Shown piece by piece: positions 21,717 to 29,994 of a stretch of 64,000 bases of DNA. The notes under the pieces were generated by a model. The model saw only the letters and a program-made list of their open reading frames with translations, was not told the origin of the DNA and made no database searches. The translations under genes were made by a program, and so were the position numbers. This DNA is from a bacterium. Its GTDB lineage: Bacteria; SM23-31. The stretch is taken from NCBI GenBank assembly GCA_965249485.1, contig OZ252239.1:192001-256000 (forward strand), in the 5' to 3' direction. Every line of letters begins with the position of its first letter. The stretch's first letter is position 1.

Positions 21717-21848
21717 ATGGTTCAAAAAACAATTGAAATTTTAAAAAAGCTTAAAGATCAGAAATTTACCGGTTCCGTAGAAATTCATTTCCGAAACGGA
21801 GGAATCGGTAGTGTGAAAAAGCACGAGGAATTAATAACAAACAAATAA
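21717..21848 (+). CDS. 43-aa small protein, DUF2292/YezD-like (below the ORF-track cutoff)
   Basis: MVQKTIEILKKLKDQKFTGSVEIHFRNGGIGSVKKHEELITNK; the F-x-G-S-V-E-I-x-F-x-x-G pattern recalls small phage proteins. Confidence 0.5.
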   Translation: MVQKTIEILKKLKDQKFTGSVEIHFRNGGIGSVKKHEELITNK

Positions 21849-21941
21849 CGGTCACTGAACGACCTAATATTTATTAGATATCGTGAAGCCCGGCAAATGT
21901 CTACCCATGTGGAGTGGGTGCATTGCCGGCATTTTTATTTT

Positions 21942-22136
21942 ATGACATGGATGAGACCACAAATGGCGGCTGATTATGCGGGAGTTTGCTTGCACACGTT
22001 AAGAATATGGATTAGTGAAGGGCTATGTTCTTTAAAAATTAAAGGTGTCGTGATGATCCAAGATACTGATTTGGATGACTTTATTTCTTCTTATTATCTA
22101 GACAAAATAAAGAAAGTTAATGATATGGTTGAGTAA
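21942..22136 (+). CDS. Excisionase/AlpA-like HTH protein
   Basis: WMRPQMAADYAGVCLHTLRIWISEGL...I...DLDDFI pattern; start moved to ATG 21942. Confidence 0.65.
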   Translation: MTWMRPQMAADYAGVCLHTLRIWISEGLCSLKIKGVVMIQDTDLDDFISSYYLDKIKKVNDMVE

Positions 22137-22255
22137 GAGTTAAAAGAAATGAACTAAATCGCAATATATAAATTTATTAAGTTCCTTCCCTCCTGGTGAC
22201 TGTTGCTTATCTGGTAATTTGCTGAGGGGGACAAGAATTTAAATAAAGGCATGAC

Positions 22256-22771
22256 ATGGCAAAAAATAATAATATTACCATTGAAAAAGGGCGTCAGCTT
22301 TTTAAGTCAAAGGCTTTTAATTCACTGTCGGGTAAATCGACTCAGGTATATTGTATTTTGTTAATCAAGCGCACTTTGAAGGAGATAACAATGGGTAAGA
22401 GAAAAATATGGACAATTACTAATAATGGAAATATCCAATTCACGTATAAAGAAGCAAAGACTTTTGGAATCAGTAATGACCAATTCAGACATGCTATCGA
22501 CCAACTTTCTAACAAGGGATTTATCACTGTGAAATCGGGATATCCCCTTAATTTCAAATTGATAGATAATTGGGAAAAATACGGTAAAGACGATTTTAAT
22601 CCAGGGGTAAGAAATATAATGTCAGTACCATTTAAAAAGCCGAAGACCAATGATGAAAAACATGTATTTATATCAAGACTTAAAAATAAAAAAAGCGAAA
22701 AAGATCGCTTGGCTTATCAGCCTAAAAGATCAAAACTAAAGCAAAGACAAAAAAGCTTAAAAACATGGTAG
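22256..22771 (+). CDS. Basic winged-helix protein, possible replication initiator
   Basis: SKAFNSLS..., IQFTYKEAKTFGIS...FRHAIDQL..KGFI wHTH-like pattern; followed by palindromic repeats. Confidence 0.45.
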   Translation: MAKNNNITIEKGRQLFKSKAFNSLSGKSTQVYCILLIKRTLKEITMGKRKIWTITNNGNIQFTYKEAKTFGISNDQFRHAIDQLSNKGFITVKSGYPLNFKLIDNWEKYGKDDFNPGVRNIMSVPFKKPKTNDEKHVFISRLKNKKSEKDRLAYQPKRSKLKQRQKSLKTW

Positions 22772-22782
22772 TCTTTAAGATA

Positions 22783-22960
22783 TTGGAAAAAATCCCAATG
22801 GAAGCATCACATTCAATGAACAACACGTATATCATTAATATTTATGAGATTTACATTAAATTAGACCTTGAAACTTCATTTTAGAGAATCTCAATAGGAG
22901 ATATTCACATATTGGGAAATATCCCAACGATTTCTTGTGAATCATTGGAAATAATTCCAA
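22783..22960. repeat. Three 16-bp imperfect palindromes TTGG-N8-CCAA
   Basis: TTGGAAAAAATCCCAA (22783), TTGGGAAATATCCCAA (22912), TTGGAAATAATTCCAA (22945). Confidence 0.75.
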
Positions 22961-23040
22961 TAAGAATCTAAGGGAAAGATCGGAAATAAAGAAAAAATTA
23001 GCAAATTAAAGTAATCAGACAAAAGAGGTATTTAACAAAT

Positions 23041-23427
23041 ATGAAAATACATTCCAATCAAATTCCAGTGCAAGAAAATGCAAGAAAAAAGCTTAGTCCG
23101 AAGCATCTGCAAGCTATTGAATTACTTGCAGATGGAGCATCTTTTTCCAATACTTACCGTGCACTTAAAATCAATGAGTCTACCTTATATCGTTGGAGAC
23201 AAGATGAAGAGTTCCAAAATGAATTATATAAACGTACAAACGAGTTGCTTAGGGAAAAACGACCAAGTATTTATTGTGCTTTAGCTAAAAAAGCAATTAA
23301 TGGTGATGTGCCTGCAGCAAGATTGATTCTACAACATTTAGGTGATTTCAACAACGATTATCTTAATTCAGATGATATAATTATTAATGTCGGAATATGT
23401 GATGATTTAGACTTGGATGAAAAATGA
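23041..23427 (+). CDS. HTH protein resembling phage terminase small subunit / phBC6A51-type HTH
   Basis: LSPKHLQAIELLA...INESTLYRWRQDEEF HTH and KAINGDVPAARLILQ helix. Confidence 0.55.
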   Translation: MKIHSNQIPVQENARKKLSPKHLQAIELLADGASFSNTYRALKINESTLYRWRQDEEFQNELYKRTNELLREKRPSIYCALAKKAINGDVPAARLILQHLGDFNNDYLNSDDIIINVGICDDLDLDEK

Positions 23428-23600
23428 AGAAATAAATAAATTTAATAGTAATTGTTAATTAATTAACTTATGAGTTATTGACATTTGACATTTTTTTTAC
23501 TAAACCAATTTGTTGATTTCGCTTTTAGAGAAAAAGTCAAAGGCTCCGGCGAGTGGTGGATATTTATTCATCTTAAGTGTCTAGGTCAGAACAAAAAGAA

Positions 23601-23846
23601 ATGAATAATATTAGCAAATTTAAGTCCTCTGATATACGTGCATTTTCAGTCAGTGAAGCTGCTAGGTATGCATGTGTAAGTAGAAGTACTATTGACAATT
23701 GGATATTACAAGGACAATTGCCCTACGAAGAGCTTCGAGGTAGAGGAAAACATGCATATCGCTTCCGGCGTATTCGTAGGAAAGATCTTGACGAATTCCT
23801 AAACAAATTCTATAAAATTCAAAAAAGAAGAATGAAGAAAATGTAA
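23601..23846 (+). CDS. Excisionase-like HTH protein
   Basis: FSVSEAARYACVSRSTIDNWILQGQLP...RRIRRKDLDEFL; immediately upstream of the integrase. Confidence 0.8.
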   Translation: MNNISKFKSSDIRAFSVSEAARYACVSRSTIDNWILQGQLPYEELRGRGKHAYRFRRIRRKDLDEFLNKFYKIQKRRMKKM

Positions 23847-23942
23847 GTAGTGAGTTGAACCTTTTACCAAGATCAACTTGATTTTAGTGCGATGCTTCTA
23901 TATATTGCCAGTGTGGAGGCCATGCGCTTGAAGGAGGTGCGT

Positions 23943-25088
23943 ATGGTATCGATAAAACCTGTAAAAATAAATAAACGTGGTAATAGTTTCCAGTTATACT
24001 ATTACAACCCATATGGAGAAAGGAGGCGTTTATCGATAGGAACTGATAACCTCCAAGCCCAGAGAATGGCAGTAAGATTCACCGATTGGCTCCTGGAAGG
24101 AAAAGATCCTGAATTGGAAATAAAAAAAGCGCCGCAAAAAGAACGGGCAAAGGCTGTCACTCTTAAGGATTTATTTCCAATATTTATGGTAAGGCACGGG
24201 AAGTTTAGAAGTAAAGCAATGCAGATCAATTACCGAAACAGTTTTAAAAACATCTGCAGATGCAATAAGCTTTCAAATGCTTACATCGATTCTATAAAAA
24301 AGGGGCTCGTTCTCGACTATGCTAATGCTAGGATAGAAGATGATAAAGTCAAACCGGCAACGGTTAACAGGGAGCTTTCCTTTTTAAAATGTATGCTTTC
24401 TCAGACCGTTGAATGGAACTTGCTCGACAACAGTCCTCTAAAAGGACTAAAGCTGTTACCGGAAAGCGGAAAGCGGGACGTCGATTTAACCGATCAACAA
24501 ATTACAGCATTGCTGAAGGAGTTGCCAGAGCCTATAGCAAATATTGCAGAGTTTGCCATTTACTCCGGGATCCGGAAGGAAAACATCCTGAGCCTTAAAA
24601 TTGAATCAATAAGGTTTCATGAACATGAACAATCCGGTGAAATCAAATTAATTGAAAAAGGAGACAAAAAGGCGTTAAAACCTATCCCTCCTCAGGCGGT
24701 TGCAGTGTTAAAAAGAGTTATTAATGGAGGAGACGAAGGCTTTGTGTTCATCAATCCCGGAACAGGCACCAGGTATAAATGTATACACAAAACATTCGAC
24801 CGTGTTGTGAGGAAACTGGGATTAACGGTAACGGGCTCAAAGCTCCGGTTCCATGATCTCAGGCACGTTTTCGCAACACGGCTGCTACGGGCAGGGGCAA
24901 GTCTCGACATGGTCCGCTACCTGCTGGGTCATAAAGACCGTTCGACCACGGACCGTTACACCACGGTTGACATGAATTACATCGGAAACGCTCTGTCTTT
25001 AATGCCCACAATCCGGGGTACTGGCAACAAAAAATCCCTGGCGTCTGACACACCAAGGATCCTGAATTTGACTGCTGACACATATTGA
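23943..25088 (+). CDS. Tyrosine recombinase / phage-type integrase
   Basis: AAGGAGGT RBS before ATG 23943; catalytic R (SGIRKENI), HDLRH, LLGH and TTDRY intact; N-terminal arm-binding-like region. Confidence 0.93.
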   Translation: MVSIKPVKINKRGNSFQLYYYNPYGERRRLSIGTDNLQAQRMAVRFTDWLLEGKDPELEIKKAPQKERAKAVTLKDLFPIFMVRHGKFRSKAMQINYRNSFKNICRCNKLSNAYIDSIKKGLVLDYANARIEDDKVKPATVNRELSFLKCMLSQTVEWNLLDNSPLKGLKLLPESGKRDVDLTDQQITALLKELPEPIANIAEFAIYSGIRKENILSLKIESIRFHEHEQSGEIKLIEKGDKKALKPIPPQAVAVLKRVINGGDEGFVFINPGTGTRYKCIHKTFDRVVRKLGLTVTGSKLRFHDLRHVFATRLLRAGASLDMVRYLLGHKDRSTTDRYTTVDMNYIGNALSLMPTIRGTGNKKSLASDTPRILNLTADTY

Positions 25089-25126
25089 CACAAATCGATT
25101 TTGACCCACTGACTTTTGTGTCAAAT
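25076..25126. repeat. Integrase arm-type repeats
   Basis: TGACACATATTGACACA followed by inverted TGTGTCAA, between the integrase end and the tRNA. Confidence 0.65.
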
Positions 25127-25165
25127 TTGCTAACAAAACCCTCGTAACTCGAGTAAAAACAACGG

Positions 25166-25239
25166 TGGGCCCTGCAGGACTCGAACCTGCGACCCACTGA
25201 TTATGAGTCAGTTGCTCTAACCAACTGAGCTAAGGGCCC
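25166..25239 (-). tRNA. tRNA with CAT anticodon, most likely tRNA-Ile2 (lysidine type)
   Basis: GGGCCCTTAGCTCAGTTGGTTAGAGCAACTGACTCATAATCAGTGGGTCGCAGGTTCGAGTCCTGCAGGGCCCA folds as a cloverleaf and resembles E. coli ileX; CCA end not fully encoded (CCG). Confidence 0.92.
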
Positions 25240-25265
25240 GTGTTTATCAGTATGTGAAGTCCTGA

Positions 25266-25294
25266 AATTTACTCAATCCCGGCTAAAATGTCAA
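25266..25294 (-). promoter_or_regulatory. Sigma70-like promoter of the tRNA
   Basis: TTGACA-17 nt-TAAATT on the minus strand. Confidence 0.55.
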
Positions 25295-25473
25295 GGTGTA
25301 ATCGCTGCCGCAATTGCATTTATTCTCATATATACAGATATTTATTTCATGCGTATTTCATACAACCTGATTATGCAGTAGTCTGCGAAATTGCTTGACT
25401 TGAGGATTGGATATGTGGTATATTTTAGCTTGTATACTACTTACCACCATTCATTTCCAACCGGACCCACACT

Positions 25474-27153
25474 ATGTATAACAGAGTTTTGTTTCGTTAT
25501 TTCCTGATCGTATTGACATTTTCACTTGTATCATCATCTGCTCATGCACAGTGGCTGGAAACACCCGCCGAACGGAGTGAATATCGGAATGGCGGAACAC
25601 TCTATGAACCGCTGATGGATTTTGTGTATGAACTCGAATCTCAGTCCCCGCTTATGAGTGTCCAAAAAATCACTGAAACACTTATGGGACGGGATGTGGT
25701 GCTCTGTATTCTTTCTGATCCGCCGATATTCAAACCTGAGGATATTATCAAGACCGGAAAACCGGTTGTGCTGATTGTGAATAATGTTCACGGCGGTGAG
25801 GTTGCGGGAAAAGATGCGAGTATGGAGATCATGCGTGATCTTGCTCTCGGTGAATTGCGGCCGCTGCTGAAGGATGTTGTGGTATTGAATGTGCCGACTA
25901 TCAATCCCGACGGTGCAGAACTTGGGCGCAGGACAAATGAGCGGGGGTTCGATATGAACCGGGATTATTTAAAACTGGAATCACAGGAGATCCACGCACT
26001 TGTTACCGAAGTAATCAACAAATGGCACCCCGACATTCATATCGATACGCATCACGGCGGATCAGCGCCGTATACGCTGACGTATCAGACCTGTATGAAT
26101 CCCGCAGGTGATGCCGGTCTTATACGATACGGCAATGAGGATATTATACCCCGCATTAAACGTGCGCTCCGTGCTGAGGATTACGATGGATTCTGGTATA
26201 CAGGTCCCGGTACGGTTGACGGTGTTGAAGGCTGGGTGCCGACATCGGTTGAACCCCGAAAACAGCATGTGTATTCAACGTTGGCAAATATGATCGGATT
26301 CCTGTTTGAAACGCCTTCCAACACACACAGAGTAATCAATGAAGGCTCTCAAGTTGTATCAATTTCAGTCGAGGAACGGTATAAACATCAGATCAGAGGG
26401 CAGTATATCGGTCAACGGGAAATTATCAGGATTGCATCGGAACATTCTGATGAGATCAAAAATGTTATCATGCAGGCGAAGATACGTGCAATCGAGCTCG
26501 GAAATGACGATTCCGATAACGATCCGATACCTGTCTCCTACAAGCAGGAGGTAAAATTTGATGAGAATTTCTGGCGCAGGACTGATTGGAAGAACCGTCC
26601 AGGGGAGTCGGATAATGGTGTTGAATATGATTATGTGACTGGACCGGTATTTACGAATTTTACTCCCACGGAAACAGTTACCCGTCCGTGGGGTTATCTC
26701 ATGCCTCCGGGACTGGCACATGTTATTCCACTTTTGCTTGAACATGAGATCACTGTCAAACGGCTCTCCGAAGCAGCTACACTCAGTGTGGAAACTTACT
26801 ATGCGGACGAGATCGTTCACACCAACTATTTTCAAGGGCACTACCTGAAAAAGGTTGCAGCATCTGTAAAAAGCGAAACTATTTCTTTTCCGGCAGGCAC
26901 CTTTTTTGTGCCGTCCGGGCAGCCGAAATCGAATCTCATCAGCTACCTTTTGGAACCTGAAACAAATGATAACCTGATTACCTGGGGTTATCTCGATAAT
27001 TTTCTTCAGATTACGAGTCCGGATGACCAACCGGAAACTGCAAATCGGAACCGGGGCGGACAAAAAAGTGACCGAATCCAGCAGATTCCGATCTACCGCC
27101 TTATGAAGCAATCAAATTTCAGCAGTGTTCTTGTCCAGCCCCATAATGACTAG
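25474..27153 (+). CDS. Secreted M14 zinc carboxypeptidase family protein
   Basis: Signal peptide; VHGGE, INPDG, DMNRD, DTH and FET motifs. Confidence 0.85.
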   Translation: MYNRVLFRYFLIVLTFSLVSSSAHAQWLETPAERSEYRNGGTLYEPLMDFVYELESQSPLMSVQKITETLMGRDVVLCILSDPPIFKPEDIIKTGKPVVLIVNNVHGGEVAGKDASMEIMRDLALGELRPLLKDVVVLNVPTINPDGAELGRRTNERGFDMNRDYLKLESQEIHALVTEVINKWHPDIHIDTHHGGSAPYTLTYQTCMNPAGDAGLIRYGNEDIIPRIKRALRAEDYDGFWYTGPGTVDGVEGWVPTSVEPRKQHVYSTLANMIGFLFETPSNTHRVINEGSQVVSISVEERYKHQIRGQYIGQREIIRIASEHSDEIKNVIMQAKIRAIELGNDDSDNDPIPVSYKQEVKFDENFWRRTDWKNRPGESDNGVEYDYVTGPVFTNFTPTETVTRPWGYLMPPGLAHVIPLLLEHEITVKRLSEAATLSVETYYADEIVHTNYFQGHYLKKVAASVKSETISFPAGTFFVPSGQPKSNLISYLLEPETNDNLITWGYLDNFLQITSPDDQPETANRNRGGQKSDRIQQIPIYRLMKQSNFSSVLVQPHND

Positions 27154-27225
27154 CACAAAACAGATATAAAAAATAATTAGTGTATATTTAAATTGGTAAT
27201 ATGAGAGGAATATTGTATGTGGTAA

Positions 27226-29046
27226 TCATTCCTGATGAGTAAACTTCTCTTTTTTGTGCAGTAAATCCTGATATTTCGACACAAGTTCGTTTGTATCGTC
27301 CCCTTTTTCCTGCGCCTGTTTTATTTCCAGCCGCAGAGAATCGAGTTCGACATCTATTTTACGCCGTCTGAATTTTTCAACAATTTCATCCGCGGCCTGC
27401 GCTAACCGGTCGTATACTTCTGTCTCATCCTGCTTTGGAATCCCAAACGGCGTAAACGCTAATTCTGTTATCAACTGCTGGAGCTTTTCATCTTTAACTT
27501 TTGTGATAATATCCGCGGCAGTGTATTTTTTTTTGCCTGATCCGAAGGATTTGATTATTGTAAATATATCCATGATGAAAGGACTGTGGATAAGATTTTC
27601 TTCAATAGAATCCATAATAGCAAAGGTAAGATCAGAACTGTTGACCATTATCGAGCCGAGCTCACGTTCGATTTCATCAATATCGGCTCCCGGGGGCACA
27701 TGTATCTCAACCGATGTTTTTCTCCGCACCGTCACCCTGTTTTTCATCCGTTTTTTGCGGTAGAACTCCTTAAAAATTGTCTTAAAATCGGCCGACAGTT
27801 TTTCCCCGATTTCCTGCAGCATAAGATCTCTTTTGAGGGAATCTTTAACAGAGTCGACAAGATTAATCATACTCCGTATCTGTTCGGCTTTCTCCTGGTA
27901 TGATAGAGTTTTGCCAGATTCGGCAAAACTCGCTGCATAAAAATCTATAACCGATTTTCTGTCCTGCACTGCTTTAATAAAATCATCCCGCGAATGTGTA
28001 CGTAAATATGAGTCCGGATCAGCATCACTTCCAAGATTGACCACCTGAACATCGAGATTCGAGCCGAAGAGCACCTCCGAACCCCGCAGCGCGGCTTTAA
28101 TACCCGCCGTGTCGGCATCGTAGAGCACTACCACATTTCTTGAGTACCTGCCGAGCAGCATCGCCTGTTTCGGTGTTAATGCCGTGCCGGATGTCGCAAT
28201 CCCCAGTCCGATACCGTGTTCATAGAGTGCCATAACATCAGTATACCCCTCGACGACGATTGACATATCTTTTTTCCTGATCTTGTCCTTATTTTGGAAC
28301 AGTCCGTACAGGAGCTTACCTTTGTGATATACAGGGGTTTCGGGTGTGTTGATGTATTTCGGAGAATTCTTATCATCACTCTGTTCAAAAGAACGTGCGC
28401 CAAAACCGACAATTCGTCCATATTCATTGCTGATCGGAAACATTATCCTGTTTCTGAACCGGTCGTACGGGGAACTTCCGGGCGATTTTCTGATTGCCAG
28501 TCCGCTTTCGACAAGTGTATTATGATCGTAGGATGCTTTTCCCGCTTCATGGGCAAGCTCCTCCCATGCATCAGGCGCATAACCGACATGGAAGTCACGG
28601 AGGGTTTTTTCCTGAAAACCGCGCCCAAATAAATAATCGAGCGCTTTTTTCCCGCCTTTAGATTCAAAGAGATTCCTGTTGTAAAATTTGGCAGCAAATT
28701 CATTGACTGCGTATAGATTTTCTACCTGCTTTGTTTCTACCTCATCTTCTTTGGGACGCGGTAGCGTGATCCCTGCCCGCTGAGCAAGCTGTCGGAGTGC
28801 ATCCATGAACGAGATATTCTGCTCTTTCATGATGAATGAAAACACATTGCCGCCTTCATTACATCCGAAACATTTATAGATCTGCATTTCAGGATTGACA
28901 GTAAATGAAGGGGTTTTCTCCTGATGGAACGGACAGTGGCCTAGAAAATTTTTGCCCGTTTTTTTGAGGGTGACGACATCCCCGATCACATCGACAATGT
29001 CGACGGAGTACCGAACATCTTCTATTTTTTCATCGGGTATGCGCAT
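27226..29046 (-). CDS. dnaG: DNA primase
   Basis: CPFH...CFGC zinc finger, DRFRNRIMFPI, KYINTPET, Toprim motifs VEGYTD and YDADTAG. Confidence 0.97.
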   Translation of the reverse strand: MRIPDEKIEDVRYSVDIVDVIGDVVTLKKTGKNFLGHCPFHQEKTPSFTVNPEMQIYKCFGCNEGGNVFSFIMKEQNISFMDALRQLAQRAGITLPRPKEDEVETKQVENLYAVNEFAAKFYNRNLFESKGGKKALDYLFGRGFQEKTLRDFHVGYAPDAWEELAHEAGKASYDHNTLVESGLAIRKSPGSSPYDRFRNRIMFPISNEYGRIVGFGARSFEQSDDKNSPKYINTPETPVYHKGKLLYGLFQNKDKIRKKDMSIVVEGYTDVMALYEHGIGLGIATSGTALTPKQAMLLGRYSRNVVVLYDADTAGIKAALRGSEVLFGSNLDVQVVNLGSDADPDSYLRTHSRDDFIKAVQDRKSVIDFYAASFAESGKTLSYQEKAEQIRSMINLVDSVKDSLKRDLMLQEIGEKLSADFKTIFKEFYRKKRMKNRVTVRRKTSVEIHVPPGADIDEIERELGSIMVNSSDLTFAIMDSIEENLIHSPFIMDIFTIIKSFGSGKKKYTAADIITKVKDEKLQQLITELAFTPFGIPKQDETEVYDRLAQAADEIVEKFRRRKIDVELDSLRLEIKQAQEKGDDTNELVSKYQDLLHKKEKFTHQE

Positions 29047-29360
29047 GTTGAATCACTATATATTAATCAGTCTTAAAGGAAAATAACTGTTCGTCTGAAT
29101 TCTGAAATCTCAGCAAAAAATTCTCTTCTGCATCTCAGTATATTTGATTTCAGTAGTACTACATCCTGTATACACGTTCAGGATGACACTGTTTTAAATT
29201 TTGAATAATGATACCAGGAAAAATGCAATTCAGGAGAACCTTAAGGACACATAAAACAACTATGTAATATAGGCGGTTCGGGAGATTAAATCAACCGTAT
29301 TTTCACTTCTGTAAAAACTATTTTAAACATTTATTCTGAATTATATGGGGTTATGACATA

Positions 29361-29969
29361 CTACCGTTCTTTATAGAGATAAAGCGTAAAATCATTCGGG
29401 AGGTAATCATGCCGCAGGGCAACCTCCGGCGCAATAGTAAGCGCAAATTTCAACAACTGATCAGGATGATAGAAGAACATTCCACCATCTTTTTCAGTAT
29501 AAGTTGATTTGTTGCTGAGCATGTTGACACCAACCCCTTTCCGGGCAAGTGAATACATCTTTCTTATCATCGATTCCATATAGTTGAGATTGTTGGGCGT
29601 AGCAAGATTCGCAACTCCGGAAGCAAAGACATAATCAACTTCGGGATAGTGAGCATCGTGGAGAAAGTCCCGGTAAAAGATGTTGATCCCCGGAAAGGAT
29701 TCTTTGGCAAGTTTCACAAGGTCAAGGGCACATTCAACCCCATAGTAGTTTACATTTAATCCTTCTTTGAGGAGATACTTATAGAAATCGGCCTTCCCGC
29801 AGCCGACATCGAGAATTCTCATTCCGTCCAAAGGAGCAATTTCGGTGAACACCCAGAACCGTGCCTGCTGTGTATAGTCACTTTGCCAGGCAAGAGAGTG
29901 GATCGAATTGCCGAACCGCTTTGCCTGTTTATTAAAAAATTTTTGGATTATTTTAGTATCTTTGTCCAT
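29361..29969 (-). CDS. Class I SAM-dependent methyltransferase
   Basis: ILDVGCGKAD motif I; DYVFASG; HDY..DFT C-terminus. Confidence 0.8.
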   Translation of the reverse strand: MDKDTKIIQKFFNKQAKRFGNSIHSLAWQSDYTQQARFWVFTEIAPLDGMRILDVGCGKADFYKYLLKEGLNVNYYGVECALDLVKLAKESFPGINIFYRDFLHDAHYPEVDYVFASGVANLATPNNLNYMESMIRKMYSLARKGVGVNMLSNKSTYTEKDGGMFFYHPDQLLKFALTIAPEVALRHDYLPNDFTLYLYKER

Positions 29970-29994
29970 GAAAACGCAGTCTTAAACTATGTTC

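Larger units (their letters stand above)
21162..25239. mobile_element. About 4-kb tRNA-associated integrative element (phage-satellite-like); an adjacent module extends to about 18473
   Basis: Integrase next to the tRNA 3' end, inverted arm repeats at both ends, xis-, rep- and terS-like genes, AT-rich composition. Confidence 0.7.

Noticed and set aside
24859..25197. 112-aa minus-strand ORF
   Set aside because: Overlaps the tRNA and is antisense to the integrase; a typical shadow ORF
26365..27111. 248-aa antisense ORF and similar antisense ORFs across the window
   Set aside because: They lie opposite well-supported genes and have no motifs or RBS
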